Origin: Stramenopiles sp. TOSAG23-3
Lineage: Eukaryota
Assembly: GCA_900128585.1 (NCBI GenBank)
Contig: LT642146.1
Location: 1 to 64,000 of the forward strand
Length of the DNA stretch: 64,000 nucleotides
Direction: 5' to 3'
Below the pieces are notes generated by a model. The model worked only from the letters and a program-made list of their open reading frames with translations, made no database searches and was not told the origin of the DNA. Positions 11,701 to 19,278 of this stretch are shown piece by piece. The translations under genes were made by a program, and so were the position numbers. Position 1 is the stretch's first letter. Every line of letters begins with the position of its first letter.

Positions 11701-13403
11701 CGAAAGCACTGGATTTAGCATACACGACCACATTAGCAGCAGATAATTCAAAAATATCAAGTCAACTCCCTGAAAAGTTAAATCTAAATGATTACCCAAA
11801 CATTAAGCAATGCGTACATCATATATCTCATAGGACTGTCCGAGATGTAGAAGCTCCATCATTATCTTTGTTCGATACTGTCGAAGAAATTCATATTTAC
11901 CCTATTACAACAGACATGAATTTTATTGGGGGGGTTTTGCTTGCCTCGTTTAAGTCTGGCGGGCATATTGACTCTAGGCAAGAGAAGATATTTGATTTCA
12001 TAGTCAGATCCGGCGAAAATCTTGTTTCGCAATGTGAAGATCACCGAGCGATAATTTTCAAGATTCTGTTATGTCATTTTCAGGTTTATGCAGCATCAAG
12101 ATATATGCTTTTTCCATGGACAGCAGAAATGTCCAACACATTCGAAGTTACCGAAGCATTATTTGGCATGATGTCCTCTATTTTTGCAAATGAATGTTCC
12201 CTAGGCGATTTTTGCGGTGAATTAAATCCGCTGTATTGCAAAACTATCATGGTGTTGATAATGCCGCCACTAGTATTTGTAGGGTTTTACTTGTCGGGGA
12301 TTCTGGTTATTCTACTTAAATACAGACGCACAAGCCTAGAAAGTGCCAAACAGACGGTCAACAGCTTTGCCGGGATCGCAACAATCATAATTTTGTACTA
12401 TATGCATGGCGGAATTGCGAATCAGGCCTTTTCGATGCTTCCATGCCGCGAACTTGGTAGCAATGGCCCATGGCTCTTTGCTGATTATGATGTACGCTGC
12501 GATACTTCGAGCCGAACTGTGTGGTCCATGTGCTTGCTTATTCCAGCCTTCCTTCTGTACGTTGTTGGTATCCCATTAGCAATGGCATATGTTGTGCATG
12601 TCAACAGAAACGCCCTTGGTTTTTTTAACACTCGGCGTTTCATTGGAATACTCTACAACGGCTATAGACTGAAATATTACTGGTGGGAGGCCGTTGTATT
12701 ACTGAGGAAAGCTAGCATAATAGGGGTCATTCGTTTATTTTCTGCATTTAGTGTATCTGCTCAAACGTCCGCCCTTCTGTTGTTATTGACTTCTAGTTTG
12801 CTTTTAGAATATAGTGTACAACCATATGCTTGGTTACTGATAGCCCGAACGGAAAGAATGACCCTTATTGTGGAAGTGGCATCTTTCTTTCTTGCAGGTT
12901 TGTACGGGAATCGTGTTATCCAAGGCAATGGTGGGAGAGCATTTGTTGAGTGGTCTATAGTTTTCTTAAATCTTGCACCCAATGTAGCAAAATGGTTTTC
13001 CAAGCATTTTAAATGGGGGGGGAAGCGTAAAGGCGCGGCCAGGAGATTAAGAGGGCTCAAAAGGCAGAGCACTCGCACAATGATGGACGATTTGTCAAAG
13101 AAAAGATTGGAAAAGGTGGGGAAAACTCCTCCATCAATGGAAATGCAGACTATAGCCGTAAAGTCTTCCACTGTAAGAAACGCGGCCGGTGACAGGAGTC
13201 AGGGTGATTGGGTGAACACAATTAATCCAATACATGATAGGGGAGGGGGGAAGAAAAACGAATCTGATGGTGCAGTTGTAGTAAATGTCCAAAAACCACG
13301 AAGCCTTTCCAAGGCAACCAAACAGCGTATGAAGAGAATATCAAGCATTGCCGCATTTAAAAGAAAAAGAAGTCAATCAATTGAGAAAGAAGTCACAATA
13401 TAG
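5790..13403 (+). CDS. Giant multi-domain membrane receptor-like protein (2x ANF-receptor/Venus flytrap, EGF, 2x OpuAC-like solute-binding domains, Cys-rich repeats, GAF-like insert, multi-TM)
   Basis: Signal peptide. Two class-C-GPCR-type ligand-binding domains (PQVSPYASAGKLSNVEEFPFFIRTVPTD; QISPSATSTKLSDDNYYPYFLRTVPSD). EGF (CNEGGKC...CTCSPEFIGMRC). OpuAC-like motifs (FVFYWWSPD, CDFP). CPKGTYS/CPLGTYA repeats. TM region with LYNGYRLKYYWWEAVVLLRK. Confidence 0.85.
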   Translation: MEPTVFLSFLICTFLSAQCAASNHREFNGTLNVAIVHPLYSNTTARALASTIFAIEHINNKSDGIFDNILPNTTVIYEYYDSLGSHEEIARVAADLRYKAFGGQGADVVIAASTTSRTITLQSIIKHFSLPQVSPYASAGKLSNVEEFPFFIRTVPTDEYLINAMVSFAAKTIGWRYAAIISGDDEYSQTGASGLLAAAKQHNLQVVYHKSFETGKSGMDLQDVAHSGTNLFIYFGQPSSIVPFLRALYKALLQTDMLASGFSILFGDVYLGEDVETKFEEAGESHIYEAMCNGTFALSVQTLGNFTKTYRMLFKERLKSLGQCNSVSCGCDKRMVDYRTNKSVFFYNSLAGQATDCINIDPAVPISYYDPLAYDAAVFVASVVHEMKNKLHMNSFNAIDFMNVSTSRGFKVEEGATGSIKLQPNGDRAHTSGVACNVWNMRIGPTTNNDDDEAHLAYTGSLSGAGPTLNFTFCEPSSVIETLGSDSSLCSPLFFFNTKDNKPRMAKHTSLSKLRIGLITPTFSDATPFTTDRIGSQRTMVMLMAIDEISNRADGLYDDLLPSTSIEYEWMNSKRDESIAAVAASTVGLAGFGGKGADVIVGGFSSGPTVAMQWILKHSKTLQISPSATSTKLSDDNYYPYFLRTVPSDKLQFSRMVGFAKMFMNWDDFALISDKSVYSETGAEFIKSEASIQNLEIFVHMELETSLSNLRSETLRALRANARGYIVVLYFNIETVLEEIMLVAEQLGIDLGEFCFLIPEAALTLKEFPAIADGSFVFVPYVTEGNTQSSTTDSAKERMLNRANNIVKNVTTCAAQNSNSSRCDCIPDPWKPIFSTEIDGNTYCTFPNKIINEEYFTPFSYDAILAIATIQHDLMEHQGATKITPTSMRNRALDPSFNFQGMTGSLSFQSNGDRLIRENIKLSVFNVRINNTDTPLSKIGSIDKEYTLHYCDPSADSDCKTNIYYGTKLNAKPVSFKRACKKNTDCNEGGKCWENDWSCTCSPEFIGMRCQHRLFKRQKHYTNFDGSERCLKDIVPTDPPTETPIRLCLFKPGWDTNALVSDLARLLMVEIMQMRVEIIEHAYTADYIEALSRNHCHVVLEDWFRKHHASQELYIGPNKPVLDLGFIGYYGRDGWFMNRASLDEDSTRLSYTSFRKDNTIKAMQNLTIPHHLVQNCSIVQEQAEEYCNRGRGIFTNNDSCSQRERGCGVLYGASVAYACCGIIQRQIMGLGLDLEIRWLGNENIPIFVKDHVLSKLPFVFYWWSPDTFLASFNNNELYRVELPPYNKEIFETTGACDFPSTRMRKLVNSKIPSRAIEFFSNFKINAVEINELLRAMNSDDSDGRSVVCKWMDNPERKAKVLSFVPVHSARQNMITVGVAVSRDSSLLMGKLLEILIKEHLLMSVTIEHADNDAHLLALIKNGMIDVAAEALFESRKDSIRTGVPAFSNTYTDRAGLYTYFPGSRYDTKARETGKVWYLNNELVNYMAPLGTYSPSPGRCSLWWCNYPLTTPGTFSPTYCIDKSKSCCEILIGTGLNGFRRWSILAEIIQTLRLPFVMVFVTPSVIQTALTTSAYATVFFSGERLEETSSLFRYALPNFSPACFLQSMETKYDFRNPTLGTYSCDFPGQTAYILGSTSLDYKPVALRMLLEKAKLTDVDLATMKTRLNRNSSDIDITNVVQDWLNENNNTWVKWIEGCDSMPGYYGIQGKCNACPKGTYSSAGSNKCKMCPLGTYAGFTGTSYCSLCPSRTYTIHTGSTSASDCLCVPGLIGDAVVGCTSCPSNAICRRGRAFVPNGYWRFTNDSTEIFRCPFPSACIGISYKSKTDSSLGMYDESEDNKEGCAPLHEGNLCHRCEKGYFRALTGGCQECYPKSSLVLIHVLSALLMISLVFVSIKCSQSSAPKLRQIHSKLEELRHSIDAHDVCVFTCETDPKICRFLDHATAPQAKREEIAVRRQRRRASVASESIFNVSKALDLAYTTTLAADNSKISSQLPEKLNLNDYPNIKQCVHHISHRTVRDVEAPSLSLFDTVEEIHIYPITTDMNFIGGVLLASFKSGGHIDSRQEKIFDFIVRSGENLVSQCEDHRAIIFKILLCHFQVYAASRYMLFPWTAEMSNTFEVTEALFGMMSSIFANECSLGDFCGELNPLYCKTIMVLIMPPLVFVGFYLSGILVILLKYRRTSLESAKQTVNSFAGIATIIILYYMHGGIANQAFSMLPCRELGSNGPWLFADYDVRCDTSSRTVWSMCLLIPAFLLYVVGIPLAMAYVVHVNRNALGFFNTRRFIGILYNGYRLKYYWWEAVVLLRKASIIGVIRLFSAFSVSAQTSALLLLLTSSLLLEYSVQPYAWLLIARTERMTLIVEVASFFLAGLYGNRVIQGNGGRAFVEWSIVFLNLAPNVAKWFSKHFKWGGKRKGAARRLRGLKRQSTRTMMDDLSKKRLEKVGKTPPSMEMQTIAVKSSTVRNAAGDRSQGDWVNTINPIHDRGGGKKNESDGAVVVNVQKPRSLSKATKQRMKRISSIAAFKRKRSQSIEKEVTI

Positions 13404-13494
13404 TGGCATCAAGTCCTCCCCAAAGAAAGAACGAAGAAGAATACAGCGGCCAAAAAAAAAAGAAGAAGGACGAGAATCTGCTGATGGCGTTCTG

Positions 13495-14034
13495 GGTACC
13501 GGTACAGGGAGCTTCTTGGTTGCGCGCATACCAATGTGCGTCTTTCCCGTGCCGCAGGCCGCTTGAATTTGCACCCTTGGGGCATTTTTAAGCGTTTCAA
13601 CAATCGCGTCTACCGCTTTCTTCTGTTCCTCTTCCCTTTTGTCCAAGTAGTGTGCCCACCAAAGAAAGCGTGCAGCAGCTTCCCGTAGGAGACTGGAAGA
13701 GTCTTCACTGGCGAAGTAGATATTTTCACCACCATTCTCTTTGTGCCTGTACTTGTTCGTGAAGCCCTCCTTCGATTCCCTCGAAAGTCCGAGGCAGCTG
13801 GCCGCGTCCGTTAGTTTTGTTGCTAGGTCTGTGGGTTTCAGTTCCGGTCTCTGCCCGCACATGTGGGAAAACATTTCCAAGGCAATGGTTAATTTCTCAC
13901 TGTTCTCCCTCCCCCGTGCGTCCTCCAGTCGCGCCCAGAGAGTCAGAGGGTCCGGGAAAGCGTCCCGGGTTCGCATCAGCGAGGTTCGCAGCAGCGAGGT
14001 TCGCATCAGCGAGGTTCGCATCAGCGAGAGACAT
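13495..14034 (-). pseudogene. Pentapeptide-repeat start + truncated SF2 (ResIII-like) helicase fragment
   Basis: ATG at 14034 gives MSLADANLADANLAAANLADAN. In the +1 frame downstream, EQKKAVDAIVETLKNAPRVQIQAACGTGKTHIG (Q motif and Walker A). Similarity ends at a gtaccggtacc tract and no DExH motif follows. Confidence 0.6.
13969..14028. repeat. 15-bp tandem repeat x4 (gttcgcatcagcgag) encoding pentapeptide repeats on the minus strand
   Basis: Four units at 13969, 13984, 13999 and 14014, with one substitution in the second. Confidence 0.95.
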
Positions 14035-14566
14035 TTTTATACACGAAAAATGAGCAAGCGGGAGTGAAGGTGGTTCGTCGAGCCTTTGTAAAAGAATGCA
14101 GAAGGCAGGCGTTTTCTCCAACCCAATGGACTGTGCATTCAATTTGTTTACATACCGTGTACATACCACAGAGGCACCGGTCAAAATGGCATTCCCGCAC
14201 ACACGCACACCACATACGCTAACACTAACCCTGTGTTCATGTGTTCATGTGGTGTAATAGACTTTGATAGATTAGGTTTTAAGTTAGAGTTTAACATTGG
14301 ATTACCATTGAATACATAAATACAGCATTATCGCAAATAGCATATAAATACTTATGAAATGGAATAAACTCCATCTGGATTACTTATATTTATGATTATT
14401 AAATGAGATGAGATTTGAAAGTGCGCATTCACATGGAAGTAAAACTTGTACAAATTGTGATCGCCAGAAAGCCCACGGTGCCTTGAATGAATTCAAGGGT
14501 TCACCACAGTCATACAGTTAGATACAAAGCCCCTTCTGCGGTAGGACGGAGGTAGTTGGCCTTGCC

Positions 14567-16303
14567 ATGGCCGCTTCACTGTTGCGGGTTGCACACACTG
14601 TGCTTAGCAGGCGGGTCCCATTGGCTCGTAAATACTTGTCGACGACAACAACGTTCGTCTCGACCCCGATTTTTTATGTGAACGCCGAGCCGCATATTGG
14701 GCATTTGTACACTGCTGTCTTGACGGACGCCTATGCGCGGTGGTCCAGGCTACGAGGGTCAAAGACACTATTTTCAACTGGAACGGACGAGCACGGGCTG
14801 AAAGTTCAAGAAGCCGCTGAGAAAGCAGGGCTCCCCCCTGGCGTATTCTGCGACGATGTGTCGAAGAAATTTAAAAGCACGTTTGACAATTTTGACATCA
14901 CGTACGACGACTATGTCAGAACAACAGAACCGCGGCACCACGCAGCGGTAAAGAAATTGTGGGATAAATTGTGGGAACAGGGGCATATATATTTAGGGAA
15001 GCACGAGGGTTGGTATTGCACAAGCGACGAGGCGTTTTTGACCGACACTCAAGTGGAGACAAAGGTCTGCGCGGCAACGGGGAAGGAAGAAAGAATTTCG
15101 GTCGAAAGTGGGCACCCAGTGGTTTGGCTGAGCGAGGAAAATTTTAAATTTCGCTTGTCTGCGTTTCAGAAGCCTCTGCTGGACTGGTTAGACGGCAGTG
15201 GTGGGGAAGCATTGCCGGTCGTTTACCCGGAGAGCCGGCGGAACGAAGTGCGGGAGTTCGTCAGTGGGGGGCTGCACGATTTGTCCATATCCAGAAAGCG
15301 TGAGGACGTCAAGTGGGCAATACCCGTTCCGGAGAGCACCAGCGAGGAGGAAAGCGAGCACTCCATTTACGTGTGGCTGGATGCCCTAACGAACTACTTG
15401 ACGGTGACGGGGTATGGGCAGGAGGGGCTATCGGACGACCCTCAGCCTTCCTACTGGCCGGCCACGTGCCATGTCGTCGGCAAGGACATCCTTCGTTTTC
15501 ATGCCGTGTACTGGCCGGCATTTTTGATGGCTGCCGGATTGAAGTTACCAGAGCGTATTGTTGCCCACGGGCATTGGACCGTAGACCGCATTAAAATGTC
15601 CAAAAGTTTGGGAAATGTCGTGAAGCCCGAATATTTGAAAGATAAGTATGGAGTAGACCCGGTGCGGTATTTTTTGTTGCGAGACGGTGGCTTGGGTGCT
15701 GATGGCGATTTCAACGAAGGCCATTTGGAAATGAGACGCGATTCCGAGCTGGCCGACACGCTAGGAAACCTTTTCACAAGAGCCACGGGAAAAAAAATTC
15801 TTCCGACCATGGCGTTGCCTCCCTGCTGCGGCCTGGCCGAGCTGCGGGAGCAGGACATAAGCTTGCGCGAATCTTTGGCAAACCTGGAGAACGACGTGCC
15901 GGAGATGTACCAGCGGATGGAATTTGGTCGAGCTTTGCGTGCCGTGATGGATGTGCTGCGGCAGACAAACAGATATTTCGCGAGCGAAGAGCCGTGGAAC
16001 CTTCGGAAGCTTGGGAAAGGGGACGGCACCGCAGCAGAGGAAGCTTCAGCCAGGGCTGATACCGTGTTATACCACACACTAGAATCGATTCGAATATGCG
16101 CCATTTATCTTCAGCCCGTTGTCCCAACAGCCGCGGCAAAACTCCTCGACTTTATGAACGCAAGCGACGAAGAGAGAATGGTTACCCCGGGAAGGGATAA
16201 CCTCACGGTTTCTCGCCAAGATGGGATCCCATTGGGCACCAGCGATGGCGGAAAAAATACAGGCAAACTGTCCTTTATTTTATTCGACAAGACTACACCG
16301 TGA
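14567..16303 (+). CDS. MARS2: Methionyl-tRNA synthetase, organellar (mitochondrial-type)
   Basis: STPIFYVNAEPHIGHLY (HIGH), GTDEHG, YVWLDAL, GKDILRFHAVYWP, KMSKS. Basic, acid-free N-terminal presequence. Confidence 0.93.
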   Translation: MAASLLRVAHTVLSRRVPLARKYLSTTTTFVSTPIFYVNAEPHIGHLYTAVLTDAYARWSRLRGSKTLFSTGTDEHGLKVQEAAEKAGLPPGVFCDDVSKKFKSTFDNFDITYDDYVRTTEPRHHAAVKKLWDKLWEQGHIYLGKHEGWYCTSDEAFLTDTQVETKVCAATGKEERISVESGHPVVWLSEENFKFRLSAFQKPLLDWLDGSGGEALPVVYPESRRNEVREFVSGGLHDLSISRKREDVKWAIPVPESTSEEESEHSIYVWLDALTNYLTVTGYGQEGLSDDPQPSYWPATCHVVGKDILRFHAVYWPAFLMAAGLKLPERIVAHGHWTVDRIKMSKSLGNVVKPEYLKDKYGVDPVRYFLLRDGGLGADGDFNEGHLEMRRDSELADTLGNLFTRATGKKILPTMALPPCCGLAELREQDISLRESLANLENDVPEMYQRMEFGRALRAVMDVLRQTNRYFASEEPWNLRKLGKGDGTAAEEASARADTVLYHTLESIRICAIYLQPVVPTAAAKLLDFMNASDEERMVTPGRDNLTVSRQDGIPLGTSDGGKNTGKLSFILFDKTTP

Positions 16304-16653
16304 ATGAAAGAAAGAAGAAGTTTCGCAATTTCTTAGTATATAGACTAGTGCAAACCAATAATATAATAATAGCAGATATATTCAAATAACATAAACACAG
16401 TGTGGGTGGTGGAGGAACCTTCTTTTTGATTCAATTAGGTAATAATGCCTTAAAATACCTGTTCCTGTTATTTTATTGTTCAATACCTATACGAGGATTC
16501 ATCCGTTCCGTACCTGGTACGGTACCTGGTATTATACCTGTATTAATACTACCTGGTGCCCTCCCTCCCTCCTTTCCTTCCTCTTCTGTTATATTTCTTA
16601 ATTTTTCTTACATTTGATAATAATACGACGATTATTTCTGATTATTTCTCTGT

Positions 16654-17036
16654 TCGCGTGCCCCCTCCCTCCCGCATCATTTATTGTCTGATAGGAAAAT
16701 TATAAATATAACAATAATAGTATTCTAAAGATAAACCTCTTGAAAAGAAAGTCTTTCTGTTCATCGAACGACGAACTCAAGAATCGAGGTACTTTTTGAA
16801 TATTATTAATACAGGTATTTAATAGAGAGCATCAATAATGTCAATGAATCGATGTAACCCTCGCGTGCCCCCTTCGCGTGCATCATTTATTATGTGATAG
16901 GTTCAATATAAATATAATAAATAGTATTCTAAATATATTGAAAAGAAGGTCTTGTGTTCATCGAACGAACTCAAGAATCGAGGTACTTTTTGAATACAGG
17001 TACAGAGCATCATTATTGTCAATGAATGTTACCCTC
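16654..17036. repeat. Diverged tandem duplication of a ~180-210 bp non-coding unit
   Basis: Both units start tcgcgtgcccc (16654, 16861) and share gcatcatttatt, atagtattctaaa, ttgaaaagaa, gttcatcgaacg, gaactcaagaatcgaggtactttttgaata and tgtcaatgaat. Confidence 0.9.
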
Positions 17037-17365
17037 AAAGAACAAACTCGATCAGAGGGGAGGTAGGGTACTGGTACATGCTCATTTTTGAGAAGTATTT
17101 AACATACACACAGCAAAGGTGACGCGAAAATGACGAAGAAGAGAAAAAACTATTTATATTATTATTTATTTTAACAATAAAAAAACAAAACGAACAACAA
17201 CAAGAAAAAGAAGAAATGAAAGGTAGAGCTGTACACGCATGGTTGGGCCAGGCGCTGCGGTGATAAAATTTCTTACAAGATCAACAAAGTGCATTGTGTC
17301 AACCATCCAAGAACGGCGTCTTATTTGATAGAACACCCTTTCAATTTGTACTCGGATCTGGAACG

Positions 17366-18391
17366 ATGGCATATTTCAGCGCAAATAGTAGTGACCAGGT
17401 GAGGCTGGGAGCAGAAGAACAGAAGAGCAACCAGAAAAAGGTTTCAGCCACGGGTGGTCAGAAGCCAACGTATGCGGGCTGCGAACATAGGAAGACAGTA
17501 GAAAACACTAAGTCCTTTCGGGACGCTGTAAGTGCGTACGAGCGGTTAAAGGGAAACATAAACTTTATAGATAGCGATAGTCTTATTTTGACGGGAACTG
17601 GACGTGGTTTCCCGATCGTGCACGTGACGTCTGGTTGGGTCGAGATGTGCGGGTGGTCCCACGACGAGGTTGTTGGTCGGAGTGCCAACATTAACCAGGG
17701 CGAGGGGACTGACCGAGAGACTATCATGGGCATGGGAAAATGCTTAGCGAAGCAACAGTCATGCAAGGTGCAACTCGTCAATTATAGAGCGGATGGGTCA
17801 GTATTCTGGAATGTCCTGAGCGTCTTTCCAGTTTTAGAAAACGGAAAAACGGTCCTCTTTGTCGCACAACTGCAAGACTACACTTACGAGCTGTCGAAGC
17901 TGGTCCACCTTCGCCCACTGCAATATTTTTCTGCCTCGCACCGTAAAGGTGATTATTTTATGGGCCTTCTGAAATCTGACCTCGCCCTTCAAAACAGTCC
18001 TTACCAGGACGGTAGAAACCAGAGCAGCGTTAGCCGTATGGTAAATGTAGTTTCCGGCCTGGGATTTTTCTTCGGCGACCTTGACCCAGGGTATGTTTTT
18101 CACCGTCTGTTGGACGCGATGTTGCGTGTAAATTTAAGCTTGGTCCCAGACGACTCCGAGCAGTTCTCGTCTTTAGGTGTTCATACACCAGACGGAAATG
18201 AAATTAAAACTACTGATACGGTATGTATCAAAGTTGCGATTCGTCACAACAAGGTCGGTAAGGGCTCTGTCCACATCGAACGCAACACAGGTTCCGTGTG
18301 GCAATTTCAACGAATATTTAAATCGTTGATAGGTATGGTTGGGGATCTTATTGAAGAGTCTCCTGCCCACTGCCGGGCGGTGTCTTGCTGA
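17366..18391 (+). CDS. LOV-type PAS domain protein lacking the photoactive Cys, with a C-terminal KA1-like domain
   Basis: FPIVHVTSGWVEMCGWSHDEVVGRSANINQGEGTD...VQLVNYRADGSVFWNVLSVFPV...FVAQLQD follows the LOV pattern. C-terminal VHIERNTGSVWQFQRIFKSL resembles KA1. First ATG is at 17366. Confidence 0.75.
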   Translation: MAYFSANSSDQVRLGAEEQKSNQKKVSATGGQKPTYAGCEHRKTVENTKSFRDAVSAYERLKGNINFIDSDSLILTGTGRGFPIVHVTSGWVEMCGWSHDEVVGRSANINQGEGTDRETIMGMGKCLAKQQSCKVQLVNYRADGSVFWNVLSVFPVLENGKTVLFVAQLQDYTYELSKLVHLRPLQYFSASHRKGDYFMGLLKSDLALQNSPYQDGRNQSSVSRMVNVVSGLGFFFGDLDPGYVFHRLLDAMLRVNLSLVPDDSEQFSSLGVHTPDGNEIKTTDTVCIKVAIRHNKVGKGSVHIERNTGSVWQFQRIFKSLIGMVGDLIEESPAHCRAVSC

Positions 18392-18560
18392 TTCGTGGTG
18401 GAAAAGCCTTTTTAGAAAGGATAATACATGATCCTCGGGGTTGAGCAAAGGGATATAATAATCGACTAGCACGGTATATTAAGACACTACTTCTATAAAG
18501 CTTATATTAAAAAAAAAGAAGAACGGCTCCGTTCCACCTGGTTGAACAGGTGAAATTGGT

Positions 18561-18740
18561 CTGGTACGTATTATATCAGTACAAGTACGGTACGGGAGGA
18601 CACGATACGGGCACGACCCATAATACGGGTATTATCAGGTTTTGTTCCCGTACGGTACAGGTGGTACCGTACCCAGGTATTAATACCGGTACCTGGGTAC
18701 CTGTACCAGGTACCTGGTACCTGGTACAGGTACCTACCAT
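18561..18740. repeat. GTAC/GGTACC-rich low-complexity micro-palindrome tract
   Basis: Dense ggtacc/cctgg/caggt words, e.g. ggtaccgtacccaggtattaataccggtacctgggtacctgtaccaggtacctggtacctggtacaggtacc. Confidence 0.85.
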
Positions 18741-18843
18741 CATAGAAGAATAGAGAATTGACTGTCTTTTATTCATTTTCAACGCAATACTCAAGTGTTC
18801 GCAACAAGAACTGTACAACTGAAACAAAAAAACAAAATAAAAA

Positions 18844-19072
18844 AAAACAAGAAAATTGGCAGTTATTTTTAAGTAATTCATAAAAACAAGAAAATTGGCT
18901 GTTACTTAACTAAAATAATTTTTATTTTTTTATTTAAGTAATTAAAATGAATGTACTGCGAACTGAAAAAAACGCAAATTTATAAAAAACAAATAAAGCA
19001 CGCGTTTCATACAACCAAAACAAAATAATTATGGAGGTTATTTTTTACTAAAAGAACAGCCAATTTTCTTGT
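18844..19072. repeat. Dispersed repeat family, cluster 1 (AAAACAAGAAAATTGGCTGTTA motif; two direct copies, one inverted)
   Basis: Copies at ~18844 and 18881, inverted copy at 19055-19072. The gtactgcgaactgaaa extension is shared with the 42051 copy. Confidence 0.85.
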
Positions 19073-19278
19073 GTTAATTTTATATGATACTAGCTGGAGG
19101 GTACAAAGTACTTTTGTATTAAATTACAACTGAACATAGAAGTCTTTAACGCGGATATTAATGGAGGACTCATTACAAGCAGGCGGTCGAAAAAATATGT
19201 TTTAATTTTTGCCAATGTGACTCTTAAACGCTTCGTATTACAGCACGGACCCTGGGATTACAAAAATGGGCTAAAATC

